DNA of 63,953 nt, filler included, from an uncultured Methanosarcinales archaeon (GTDB taxonomy: Archaea; Nanobdellota; Nanobdellia; Woesearchaeales; JAGLXL01): the NCBI GenBank assembly GCA_964472345.1. It is 4 parts of 4 records of this genome, joined end to end, with 100 filler letters (N's around TTAATTAATTAA, not from the genome) between each part and the next. Parts side by side here need not be neighbours in the genome. Positions count along the whole stretch, not along the records: positions 35,830 to 52,416 come from CAYYLB010000022.1; positions 52,517 to 63,953 come from CAYYLB010000043.1; 2 more parts are not named here. One strand, given 5' to 3'. This document shows positions 46,270 through 55,128 of the stretch, one piece after another. Below the pieces are notes generated by a model. That model had not been told where the DNA came from. It did not search any database and was given only the letters and a program-made list of their open reading frames with translations. Position 1 is the first letter of the stretch, and each line of letters opens with the position of its first letter. Made by a program: the position numbers and the translations under genes.

Positions 46270-46414
46270 CCGTTCTTCGGCAGCCGCCGGCATCGGCCAG
46301 CTTGGCGCGCGGCTGAAGGCGTACGCCGCGCAGCTCACATTGTACGAGAAGCTCGCGTGGGGGGCGATTGTTCTTGGGATTTTTCTTGTTATCGCCGGGC
46401 TGGTACTGCTGTAG
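46259..46414 (+). CDS. Small single-TM membrane protein (51 aa)
   Basis: Read by hand: ...YEKLAWGAIVLGIFLVIAGLVLL; overlaps L31e stop. Confidence 0.55.
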   Translation: MRLDRSSAAAGIGQLGARLKAYAAQLTLYEKLAWGAIVLGIFLVIAGLVLL

Positions 46415-47189
46415 GAAAAAGCCGGTTATAGGCCAGCATACAATATAAAACAACAAGCGCTGTCCCATCCCGCCGCCTTACTTCGATACAGCGCTGATCG
46501 CTATATTTGTGCATGAGGAGGAGGCCTTTGTGCATCGACTCACGCTCTTCACCGCTTGTGAGAGCTTTTGCATCATCTTTTTTTGCTGTTTTTTTATCAA
46601 TAATAATTTTGACGTTTGTTTCGAGGGCGTCATAACTATCCCCTTCAAATGTCGCTTTAATTTCTGGTCGGGCGAAGAAAGTTCCGCCATCGTAAAACCC
46701 TAGACAGATGCCATTTCTTCCAAGCCAGAGGCCGATGGAGAATGTATCTGATTCTGGTACATGCTCCCGGCTGTTGTCGATAGCCTCTGTAACAACGTAG
46801 AAAATTTTGCCTCCGTCAAATTTTTTTTTGAGAGCAGCCCGCATGTCAGGATTCTGTTCAGAATAAAAATCGAGGAGGGCAGCATTGACTGCGTCGACAA
46901 CGACGCTTGGCCTGGAAAGCGAGTATGCCTGAGGAGTGGTATAATTTTTCCTTCCACTGGACGGTTTTACTGCGACCACAAGCTTTTCGAAAAGAGAAAC
47001 AAGCCTTCCACGATACGGCGGCTTCTGTTGTTCAGTATCCTCCGTTCCTTCTCTTCCCAATGTAAAATAGTGCTCATTCCCCGGCTTCGGTTCCCAGCCT
47101 ATCGTTGCGAGAATCTCTTCCAGCGGTGGTTCATCGGGACGGAAGACGCCCACCCGCCGGTTCCGCAGAAGCAATGGGAACAGAGGCAT
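46389..47189 (-). CDS. Hypothetical protein with possible HATPase-like motif
   Basis: EAIDNSREH and YDGG resemble N and G1 boxes; lower GC; start could be 47213. Confidence 0.55.
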   Translation of the reverse strand: MPLFPLLLRNRRVGVFRPDEPPLEEILATIGWEPKPGNEHYFTLGREGTEDTEQQKPPYRGRLVSLFEKLVVAVKPSSGRKNYTTPQAYSLSRPSVVVDAVNAALLDFYSEQNPDMRAALKKKFDGGKIFYVVTEAIDNSREHVPESDTFSIGLWLGRNGICLGFYDGGTFFARPEIKATFEGDSYDALETNVKIIIDKKTAKKDDAKALTSGEERESMHKGLLLMHKYSDQRCIEVRRRDGTALVVLYCMLAYNRLFPTAVPARR

Positions 47190-47264
47190 GCATCTTGTCT
47201 GCCAGAGGTCCATATAAATCTTTTTCTGTGGCGCAGCCTCTGTATCAGAAGGAGTGCAGTCTCT

Positions 47265-48977
47265 TCATTTCTGTCGCAGCACCTTCTCAATCTCCTTCAC
47301 CTTCAGCGTGTTCAGCACGTCCTTCGCCTCCAGCCAGCCGCGCCGTGCCATCGCAACGCCCAGCTCAAGGTACTGCAGCTGGCTCTTCGCGTGCGCGTCG
47401 GTGCTGATGGCAAACCGGCAGCCGGCTTCCTTTGCCGCGCGGATATGGACATCCTTCAGATCGAGACGCTCCGGCTGGCCGTTGATCTCGAGGAACGTGC
47501 CGGTGCGCTTCGCGCAGTCGAACAGCTTCTCCAGATTCACCGCATACGGCTCGCGCCGCTGGATCAGCCTTCCGGTGGGATGCGCGAGGATGTGCACCTG
47601 GTCATTCTCAAGCGCGGAGCAGATGCGCTTCGTCATCTCCTGCTCAGTCATCTTGGTTGCCAGATGCACGCTGCCGAGCACAACATCAAGCTGCTTCTGC
47701 AGTTTCCTGCTGAGCGCAAGCCTTCCGTTCTTGAGGATGTCCACCTCCGCGCCTTTGAAAATCCGGATGTCAAGCTTCCTGCTGAGCTTGTCAATCTCCT
47801 GCATCTGCTTGAGCAAGCGCTTCTCGTCCAGTGCGTGCGTGATGGCAAGCTGGCCAACATGGTCGGTGATGGCAACAAATTTCAGCCCCAACTGCTGCGC
47901 ATATCGTGCCAGTGCCTCGATGCTGTCCGATCCATCGCTCCACTCCGTCTGCGTCTGGAAGTCGCCAGCCACCTGGCCGTACGCGATCAGCTTCGGCAGC
48001 TTTCCTTTCGCAGCAGCTTCAAGCTCACCCGTGTTGTTGCGCAGCTCCGGCTCCATCCGCTGCAGCCCGAGCTTCCGGTAGATCTCCTCTTCTGTCCTGC
48101 CGGCAACCCATTTTTTTCCCTTGAGCGCGAACAGCCCGTACTCGCTCAGGGTGTAGCCCTTGCTGAGCGCCAGCGTGCGGAGCGCGACGTTATGCTCCTT
48201 GCTGCCGGTGAAGTACTGCAAGGCGCTCCCATAGTCCCTTTCCTTCAGGACGCGCACATCCACCTGGAGGCCGCTGTGAAGCCTGACTGCGCTTTTCGTC
48301 GCGCCGTGCGCAAGCACCTCAGCCACCTCAGGCATCTTCACGAAAAAATCCATGACCTCCTGCGGCTTCGCGCTGGTCACAAGGATGTCAAGGTCACCGA
48401 TGCTCTCCTGCCTCCTCCGGTAGCTGCCCGCTATTTCCACGTCGGCCACGGAGTGCAGCGCAGCAAGCCTGGAGCGCAGCTCTTCCGCGGCCGGCATGAT
48501 AGAGCCGAGCAGGAACCGCTTTCCGCGCTGCTGCGCGATCGCAATGCCCTTGAGGATGTCCTCCTCGACTTTCGCGCCAAACCCTTCGAGCTCCCGTATC
48601 TTGTGCCCCTGTGCAGCCTTCCCGAGCTCCGCGAGATTCCTTATCCTAAGCTTGTCGTACAGCAGCTTGATCCGCTTCGGCCCAAGCCCGGGAACGCCGA
48701 GCAGCGCGTCGACGTCCATGGGCATCTGCTTCTTCAGCTGCTCGTAATAGCGCAGCCTGCCGGTTTTCAGCAGCTCTCCGATTTTCTCCGTGATGCTTGC
48801 GCCGATGCCCGGCAGTTCCTCAAGCCCGCCGCGCTTCCAGACTTCAGCGATGTCCTCAGCGAGCGATTCGACCGTGCGCGCTGCTTTCTGATACGCCCTC
48901 GGCTTGAACGGCACGCCCTGCATCTCGAGCAGCCCGGCTATGTGGGACAGGATCTGCGCGATTTCCTGGTTTTTCAT
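47265..48977 (-). CDS. polX: DNA polymerase X with PHP domain
   Basis: HhH repeats, AGSYRR, GDLDIL, YFTGSKEHN, TDH, TDAH. Confidence 0.95.
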   Translation of the reverse strand: MKNQEIAQILSHIAGLLEMQGVPFKPRAYQKAARTVESLAEDIAEVWKRGGLEELPGIGASITEKIGELLKTGRLRYYEQLKKQMPMDVDALLGVPGLGPKRIKLLYDKLRIRNLAELGKAAQGHKIRELEGFGAKVEEDILKGIAIAQQRGKRFLLGSIMPAAEELRSRLAALHSVADVEIAGSYRRRQESIGDLDILVTSAKPQEVMDFFVKMPEVAEVLAHGATKSAVRLHSGLQVDVRVLKERDYGSALQYFTGSKEHNVALRTLALSKGYTLSEYGLFALKGKKWVAGRTEEEIYRKLGLQRMEPELRNNTGELEAAAKGKLPKLIAYGQVAGDFQTQTEWSDGSDSIEALARYAQQLGLKFVAITDHVGQLAITHALDEKRLLKQMQEIDKLSRKLDIRIFKGAEVDILKNGRLALSRKLQKQLDVVLGSVHLATKMTEQEMTKRICSALENDQVHILAHPTGRLIQRREPYAVNLEKLFDCAKRTGTFLEINGQPERLDLKDVHIRAAKEAGCRFAISTDAHAKSQLQYLELGVAMARRGWLEAKDVLNTLKVKEIEKVLRQK

Positions 48978-49867
48978 GCGGCCTCTTTTACCGGTTTTCT
49001 TTCACGGCGGCGATGCCTCAGAATCTTATAAACCTGTTGCTTCTCTCGGGACGGCGGTGCCATGGAAATGTCATGCAGAAGGATGGTGATGTTGTCCTCC
49101 GCGCTGCATTCCTCCTGCAGGTTGAGGGCTTTCTTTTTCAATGCACATAGCGCAGCCAGCGGCTCTCTGCTTCTCACAACCTTCGCAGCTTCCGGAACGG
49201 ACAGGATGTTCCATAACCCGTCGGACGCCGCGATGATGCGGTAGCCATTCTTTATGTTCTGCTGCTGGTAACAAACTTCGCCGGGAGAAATGCCGGTGAC
49301 CGCATTGCTCACGTATGAGTAAAGCCGATGATCACGCGTTTCAAATAATGGGATGCCCCGCTCGTCCAGCACAACTACTTTGACGTCTCCCGCGTGCGCA
49401 ACGTGGAGCTGACTGCCCACCAGCTGGAAGGCGGCATAGCACGCGCCACCCTCACCCAGGCCTGCTTCTTTCATACGCCGATAGGCGTCATCCTGCAGCG
49501 CTGCTGCGCTGGCCCCCGTGAGCCAGTGGAGCTTCCGCGCCATCGCCTGGCACGCCTCCGCGAGAATCCGCGCTGCTACCTCGCCGCGTTCATAGCCGCC
49601 CATGCCGTCCACGACCGCGAAGATGTCCGCTGCCGTGTTCAGGTAGAGCGCATCCTCATTGGGCGGCTCGCGCAATCCGTGGCTGCAAACGTAAGCAATC
49701 GGGCCGTGCCTGCCGTCGATCAGCTCCGGCGCAGGCATTTCGGTGATGATCCTGTCGATGGGTGCTGAAACCACATCATCGGAATGGGCAAGCGGGTATA
49801 TTAAGCTGCGCACAAAAAGGTTTATTAATGGTGAAAAAGTTCTGGCAGAGGGGGTGGAAGTATTCAC
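48974..49867 (-). CDS. PP2C-family phosphatase
   Basis: NEDA, DGMGG, GD, SDGL, DNIT; true start may be near 49774. Confidence 0.88.
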   Translation of the reverse strand: MNTSTPSARTFSPLINLFVRSLIYPLAHSDDVVSAPIDRIITEMPAPELIDGRHGPIAYVCSHGLREPPNEDALYLNTAADIFAVVDGMGGYERGEVAARILAEACQAMARKLHWLTGASAAALQDDAYRRMKEAGLGEGGACYAAFQLVGSQLHVAHAGDVKVVVLDERGIPLFETRDHRLYSYVSNAVTGISPGEVCYQQQNIKNGYRIIAASDGLWNILSVPEAAKVVRSREPLAALCALKKKALNLQEECSAEDNITILLHDISMAPPSREKQQVYKILRHRRRERKPVKEAA

Positions 49868-49876
49868 TCAGGTGCT

Positions 49877-50131
49877 ATGGCAGGGACTCGTGGTAACATA
49901 GAGACGCTTATCGCAAAAATTGTTCGTGAAAATCCCGAGGTTACTGCGGAACAAGTCAAAGCGCAGTACGACTTGATTAGGGCTGCTCTGGGGAAAAGGG
50001 CGAAAGTGCCTAACTTTATCGACATCATCGCTGCACGGCAGCTGCAGGACTTATATGAACGGCGCCCAGCATCCTCGGGAGCAGATGTCGCCGCAGTCAA
50101 CTCCGGTCAACCATCGTATGAAACCCATTAA
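49877..50131 (+). CDS. Hypothetical protein
   Basis: SD AGGTG; 84 aa. Confidence 0.6.
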   Translation: MAGTRGNIETLIAKIVRENPEVTAEQVKAQYDLIRAALGKRAKVPNFIDIIAARQLQDLYERRPASSGADVAAVNSGQPSYETH

Positions 50132-50369
50132 CCTCATCCCCCTCGGCATCGCCGTCGTCTTTGTTGGAATCCTCATCGTCTTCATCGGCATGCTGCTCGC
50201 CGCGCGGGATGGAAAGGCAGGCGAGAATGCAGGCACCAAGGTCGCGCTCGGCGGCTTCATCGGGCCCATCCCGTTCGGGTTCGGGAACGACAAGATGCTG
50301 CTGTATGCTGTTATTGCGCTGAGCGCACTGCTCGCAGCTGCTTTCTTCATCCTGGGCAGGCGGTGGTGA
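50118..50369 (+). CDS. DUF131 (TIGR00304-like) membrane protein
   Basis: GGFIGPIPFGFG between two TM helices. Confidence 0.8.
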   Translation: MKPINLIPLGIAVVFVGILIVFIGMLLAARDGKAGENAGTKVALGGFIGPIPFGFGNDKMLLYAVIALSALLAAAFFILGRRW

Positions 50370-50376
50370 TGGACCA

Positions 50377-50634
50377 ATGAGTGCGCTCGGCAAGCTCGTC
50401 GCTTTCCTGATCGGCCTCCTCCTGCTTCCCCGTGTCGCGACGCTCGTCTGGCTCTTTGCCGTTCCGCTGCTCAGCGTGAGCGCAACAGGAGCGCTTGCTC
50501 TCAGCGCGTGCATCTCCCTGCTCCTCATTGTCATTACCTTCTTCATCAGCAAGGCGGCAGGGCTCGGCTTTCTTGCCGGTGCAGTGGTTGATGCGGTGAT
50601 CGGCTACGCCGTGCTCCAGCCTCACGTGCCGTAA
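50377..50634 (+). CDS. Hypothetical membrane protein
   Basis: Hydrophobic 85 aa; SD GGTGA. Confidence 0.6.
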   Translation: MSALGKLVAFLIGLLLLPRVATLVWLFAVPLLSVSATGALALSACISLLLIVITFFISKAAGLGFLAGAVVDAVIGYAVLQPHVP

Positions 50635-50666
50635 ATTTTATATACTCAGTGTATATCCGGGTATAC

Positions 50667-50891
50667 ATGATAAGCAGAAAACTCGTTCAGGTTCCCCTGC
50701 CGATTGGGCTGGCGCAGGAAATTGATTCTTTGGTCGAGGGCGGCGAATTCACCAGCCGGAGCGAGGCCCTGAAATTTGGCGCCCGCTTGGTTGTATTGCT
50801 GTCGAAGCGCACCCACCGGCGGGCCGAAGACTATGCCTATAGCGAAATAAGAGAAGGGCTGTTGCGAGGCCAAAAAAGCCATGTATCTTGA
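50667..50891 (+). CDS. CopG/RHH antitoxin
   Basis: VQVPLP...IDSLV..G.F.SRSEAL; TATAC/GTATA inverted repeats at 50641-50666. Confidence 0.85.
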   Translation: MISRKLVQVPLPIGLAQEIDSLVEGGEFTSRSEALKFGARLVVLLSKRTHRRAEDYAYSEIREGLLRGQKSHVS

Positions 50892-51264
50892 TACAGATAT
50901 TATCCTTGCCCTGGCGAAAAAAGAGGATTGGCTGAAAAAGCATGTCAGCATTGACAAGATTCAACCCGCACGGACATCGGTATTTGCCATCATTGAAGCG
51001 CAGCTGGTTCTCGAGCGGGAGTATTCCCGGCAAGAGGCCCTGCAGGTCCTTTCTGCGGTTCAGAAGCTCATGATTAACCTCCTGCCTTTCGATGAAAGGG
51101 TGTTATCCAAGAGCCAGGAACTGCTCCGGGAGCATCCGCAACTCAATATTTTCGATTCCGTCCATGCCGCCTTTGCGCTCGTTCATCAGGACTTGCTCGT
51201 GAGCACGGATACGGTTTATCCGACAATCCCCGGGCTGAACGTAAAAGATCCGCGGGCGATGTAA
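50881..51264 (+). CDS. vapC: VapC-type PIN toxin
   Basis: YLDTD, FDSVHAA, VSTD. Confidence 0.87.
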   Translation: MYLDTDIILALAKKEDWLKKHVSIDKIQPARTSVFAIIEAQLVLEREYSRQEALQVLSAVQKLMINLLPFDERVLSKSQELLREHPQLNIFDSVHAAFALVHQDLLVSTDTVYPTIPGLNVKDPRAM

Positions 51265-51339
51265 AGATAATCGGGGGTGGCGTCAATCAGCCCATTGGTA
51301 CTGCAAGCCAAGCAAGACCGACGCTGAACCGACCTCGGT

Positions 51340-51879
51340 GTGGCTGTCGCGCAAAACGCAGGACGCTTTTTGGATGGGGCCGCTCTCCTATTAGTGATGG
51401 TCATCTTTGCCGCTGAACGCCAACCGGGCGCCGCGGCAGGCCCACGCAAGCGGGCACCGGAAGCAGGAACTGCGGCAGGCAGCGGAGCCGTGGCTGGCGA
51501 GGCGACGACCCATCATCCTATCTCCGGCGGGGATGCCGTTTCCACCGCAGCAAGCTACGGGCGGGGCACGGAAACCGCGTACCTCGTCCGCTTCCATGAG
51601 CAGCGCGACGATTTCACCGCAGGCATCCCCTGCAGCCGCATCGAGAGCTTTCCCCGCTCCGGGAACGAGGGCCTCTACGGCTGGACAACCATTCCGAGCG
51701 ACGGCAGGATCCACCGACGCGAGGATCTGATCGGAACCTGGCAGGGCTACGTGACGGACATCCATGAGAGCATCCACACGCCGGATGAGTATGAGACGCG
51801 GCGGCTGGTGGAATGGGTTCTTGAGCCTCTCAGGGGAGCAACCGATAAATACCGGAAGCACTTCACGTACCGCCGATGA
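51340..51879 (+). CDS. Hypothetical protein with HExxH motif
   Basis: DIHESIH...EYETR; start uncertain. Confidence 0.55.
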   Translation: MAVAQNAGRFLDGAALLLVMVIFAAERQPGAAAGPRKRAPEAGTAAGSGAVAGEATTHHPISGGDAVSTAASYGRGTETAYLVRFHEQRDDFTAGIPCSRIESFPRSGNEGLYGWTTIPSDGRIHRREDLIGTWQGYVTDIHESIHTPDEYETRRLVEWVLEPLRGATDKYRKHFTYRR

Positions 51880-52151
51880 ACAGGCGTGTGCATCTCACCA
51901 TCTCCGGGGACGTGCAGGGCGTCAGCTTCCGCTCCTATGCGCGCCAGGAGGCGCTCCGTCTTGGCGTGAGCGGCTGGGTTCGGAACACGCCGGACGGGAG
52001 CGTTGAAATCGTTGCGGAAGGGGAAGAAGCGCTGCTCGGGAAGCTCATCGCTTTGTGCAGGCAGGGCCCGCGGCATGCAGCCGTCGCACACGTTGCGATA
52101 GCCTGGGAGCCCTTCACGGGGGCGTTTTCCGGATTCTCTATCAAATATTAA
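51876..52151 (+). CDS. acyP: Acylphosphatase
   Basis: GDVQGVSFR, GWVRN..DGSV. Confidence 0.95.
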   Translation: MNRRVHLTISGDVQGVSFRSYARQEALRLGVSGWVRNTPDGSVEIVAEGEEALLGKLIALCRQGPRHAAVAHVAIAWEPFTGAFSGFSIKY

Positions 52152-52216
52152 ACATATTAACTATATAGTGGTGAAAAACCGTAAAGCTTATAAAGGAGGG
52201 CCCCTCCAGAGCAGCC

Positions 52217-52416
52217 ATGTCAGTCAAAGATCTCCTCGGATTGCAGGACACGCTCCTCTCAGATGCAGACATCATGGCGAAGCTCAAGGAAGCGCTTGAC
52301 CGCAAGCTGGGCGAAATCGAGTTTGTGGACGGGAAAGGGGTGAAGGTCGTGGTCAAGCTGCCCGCGGGCGACTTCAGCAAATATCTTGATCCCTGGGATG
52401 GCACCTCGGGGAAAGG
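52217..52416 (+). CDS. Hypothetical protein (3' truncated by gap)
   Basis: Open to the gap; TATA upstream. Confidence 0.55.
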
Positions 52417-52516
52417 NNNNNNNNNNNNNNNNNNNNNNNNNNNNNNNNNNNNNNNNNNNNTTAATTAATTAANNNNNNNNNNNNNNNNNNNNNNNNNNNN
52501 NNNNNNNNNNNNNNNN
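52417..52516. other. Artificial contig linker
   Basis: 100-nt N-run with TTAATTAATTAA. Confidence 0.97.
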
Positions 52517-52517
52517 G

Positions 52518-52976
52518 TTAATTAAGCAGAAAAAGTCTGGGAATCAGATCAACTATTTCTTGGATTACTCACAAGAAGAACTCATACCCTCCCTGAACAC
52601 TGTTGAACATTCAAGATTTGAGAGGCTTCCTGCAAAGGTAAGACTGTCCGTAAACGATTTTTTAAAAGAATTGGAAGTGAAGCCAATAATTGCTGTTATT
52701 TTTGGTTCTTACGCAGTCGGTTCTTATATGAAGAACTCAGACATTGACATTTTGTTAGTTTTTCAGAAAATTGAAGATTCCAAGAAGATTGAAGATACTG
52801 CAAAGAAAATGAGCATGAAAACGAATACGCAATTAAACCCCGTTTATCTTAATTATCAGGAATTCAAAGAATCGTTTCATGATCCAACCAAAGAATTTTT
52901 CAAAAAGCTTAAGAAAGACAAGATGATTTTGATTGGGATTGAGTGGTGGAGGCAATTGACTGATGAAGAGGCCTGA
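52518..52976 (+). CDS. Minimal nucleotidyltransferase (5' truncated by gap)
   Basis: IFGSYA.G...SDIDI. Confidence 0.85.
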   Translation, partial: LIKQKKSGNQINYFLDYSQEELIPSLNTVEHSRFERLPAKVRLSVNDFLKELEVKPIIAVIFGSYAVGSYMKNSDIDILLVFQKIEDSKKIEDTAKKMSMKTNTQLNPVYLNYQEFKESFHDPTKEFFKKLKKDKMILIGIEWWRQLTDEEA

Positions 52977-53505
52977 TTGGAAGCTCTGGTTAAAAAATGA
53001 GAAAGAATGCAAGTTTTGGCTAGATAGTTACATCAGAAAAAATATTCTTAAGAAAAGTTCTGATGAATCGAGATTATATCTAAGAAGAACAGACCATAAC
53101 CTGATTTTTGCCAATTGGATCATGGAAAAGCACAAAGATGAAATTCCAGAAGTTTTTGGAGGAGATAATTTTTATGATTGGGTGATTAATATCTATTATT
53201 ATGCAATCTATCATGCTGCCCTTGCTCTTATGAGTAAAGAGGGATTCACGTCTAAAAATCATTCCGCTACACTTGCTTTTCTGATTTACCACCACTATTA
53301 TTCGCAGAAAGCGCTGGAGAAGGAAGATGTTGAGTTAATCGCTAGTTCTTTGGATAGAGAAGACATTGAGACTCTCGGTGTCTCGAAAGAATTGAGAGAA
53401 AAAGCTTGTTATGATGTTCATGAATCTTTTGAGAAGAGATTAGCTGAACAGATAAGGGAAGAGGCAGTTGACTTTGCTAACAAGATAAAATTGTTGTTGA
53501 AATAG
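52963..53505 (+). CDS. HEPN domain protein
   Basis: YYAIYHAALAL, SKNH, LREKACY. Confidence 0.82.
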   Translation: MKRPDWKLWLKNEKECKFWLDSYIRKNILKKSSDESRLYLRRTDHNLIFANWIMEKHKDEIPEVFGGDNFYDWVINIYYYAIYHAALALMSKEGFTSKNHSATLAFLIYHHYYSQKALEKEDVELIASSLDREDIETLGVSKELREKACYDVHESFEKRLAEQIREEAVDFANKIKLLLK

Positions 53506-53507
53506 AC

Positions 53508-54254
53508 CTATTTTTCTTTGCAGTTATCCCACATGAACTGAAAGAATTTTCTGTATCCATCAGCCAAAAGCTTACTCTTGAGAATAAATTGTAAAGGTTC
53601 TTCATATAATTCTCCTGGCTTTACACCCACAAAGGTAACGACATAATCTCCAAAAATATCTACTGCTGTTGCACTGGAGTATTCTTTAGGCAAGAATTTA
53701 TAGGGCTTTCCCACTAATTTTAGAATTTCCGGCTTTTTTTCTTTTACTTCGTAATCAAATAAGTGCATAAATTCAATTCCTCGCTTTTTTCTCTCTTCGT
53801 CAAAGTGTCTTAGGTAGTGTTTAAGCCGGGGGTCAAGCCAGAAAGCTTTGGCACCGATGAAATAGACTGTTTGCTTTTGTTCTAGGATTAATTGGAGATA
53901 ATTTTTGAAACCCTCCACACCTTGAAAGAAATATGCTTCTGCATCTGGCTCTACGAATTTATAGAGCTTTTTCATTTCTGGGAGCAAAGTATCTAACGCT
54001 GATTCTTTTTCTTTGATGATTTCTTTCAGTCGTTCAGGATTAATGGCTTTAAACCGCCTCTCACCTTTGACGAATGTCTCAGAAGCGAGACCTTTCTCAA
54101 TGAGCTTATTGAGAGAGTCATAGACGTTTCTGCGATGGACTTTTGATTTAACAGAAATCTTATTTACATTGACCTCTCCCAGATGCAGTAAGGCCTCGTA
54201 AACCCTGGCTTCATTAAGCGAAAGCCCGGTTTTTTGCAGTATTTCTTGGTACAT
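53508..54254 (-). CDS. TrmB family transcriptional regulator
   Basis: GLSLNEARVYEALL, RRNVYDSLNKLIEKGL. Confidence 0.88.
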   Translation of the reverse strand: MYQEILQKTGLSLNEARVYEALLHLGEVNVNKISVKSKVHRRNVYDSLNKLIEKGLASETFVKGERRFKAINPERLKEIIKEKESALDTLLPEMKKLYKFVEPDAEAYFFQGVEGFKNYLQLILEQKQTVYFIGAKAFWLDPRLKHYLRHFDEERKKRGIEFMHLFDYEVKEKKPEILKLVGKPYKFLPKEYSSATAVDIFGDYVVTFVGVKPGELYEEPLQFILKSKLLADGYRKFFQFMWDNCKEK

Positions 54255-54300
54255 TGCTAGTGGGGGTTATTTGGGTGTATTATAAACTTTTCGTTTTGAG

Positions 54301-54317
54301 GTGGTGTTTGCCACCAC
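54301..54317. promoter_or_regulatory. Candidate operator GTGGTG-N5-CACCAC between divergent TATA boxes
   Basis: Perfect 6-bp inverted repeat between the TrmB gene and the divergent operon. Confidence 0.45.
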
Positions 54318-54384
54318 AAAGATTTATATGCTTGCCTTTGTAACTACCTGTAAGTTAAAACAAATTACTGAGGAAGCGATAAAA

Positions 54385-55128
54385 ATGAAACAACCACAAA
54401 ATGGGGGGTATCAGGACTTTACCTCATTATTGGCTGGGGAAAGAGTGCATTTGCCCTACTCAGGAGACCATACAAACCCACCATATCGACCAGGAGCTTC
54501 TAGTAGTGTCCATGGGTATGATATTGGTGGAACTTTAGCTAGTGCTGAAAATAGAGATACTGTGATAAGGGGTATTCTCGGTCTTGAAGCTAATGCTGAT
54601 ATTAAAAGTTTATTATTTGTTGATCCCGATGCCACAAGGAGAATTTCAAGTGCACAAGAAGAAGGAATCCAAACTGGAAGGATTAAGGTTGATGTTTTAG
54701 ATGGTGTTGTTGAACAACTTAGGGAGGAAAGAGCTAGAGGAGAAGATGGAACATTAATTACAGCAGGAACTTATCAAATGGCTCGTAGCTTTATCTATGG
54801 TGCCGGTCTTGAAGATTATGTAACAACTTTAACAACTTCAGAAGAAGCAGGAGCAGGTAATCAAAAGACAGTAGAAATGTTTCTCAAAGTGTATGAAAGA
54901 TTAATTGAAAAAGGTAAGTCTATGGAAACTTATTGTGATGACTCAGAAAATGGGGCTAAAGTGGCAGTTGAAGCCAGCAGGATCGTTGAAAAGAAATCTG
55001 GTCCTGGTTTTACTGTTTTCCTTGTTAAAAGAGATGCACTCGACGAAGAATTGGGGCCAAGCAGGGACGGTTATATTGTCGTGCGTTCAATAAGGGATAA
55101 AAATAAATTTAGGGGGGTTCAAAGATGA
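54385..55128 (+). CDS. HAD-like hydrolase fold protein
   Basis: YDIGGTL (motif I-like), ITAG, QK, YCDDS. Confidence 0.55.
   Translation: MKQPQNGGYQDFTSLLAGERVHLPYSGDHTNPPYRPGASSSVHGYDIGGTLASAENRDTVIRGILGLEANADIKSLLFVDPDATRRISSAQEEGIQTGRIKVDVLDGVVEQLREERARGEDGTLITAGTYQMARSFIYGAGLEDYVTTLTTSEEAGAGNQKTVEMFLKVYERLIEKGKSMETYCDDSENGAKVAVEASRIVEKKSGPGFTVFLVKRDALDEELGPSRDGYIVVRSIRDKNKFRGVQR

Noticed and set aside
46761..49031. Long antisense ORFs (e.g. 756 aa here; also 9242-11068, 29729-31144, 1570-2703)
   Set aside because: Shadow frames of real GC-rich genes, with no motifs
18092..52516. Three identical TTAATTAATTAA motifs inside N-runs
   Set aside because: Artificial all-frame-stop contig linkers, not biology; gene order across them is not interpreted
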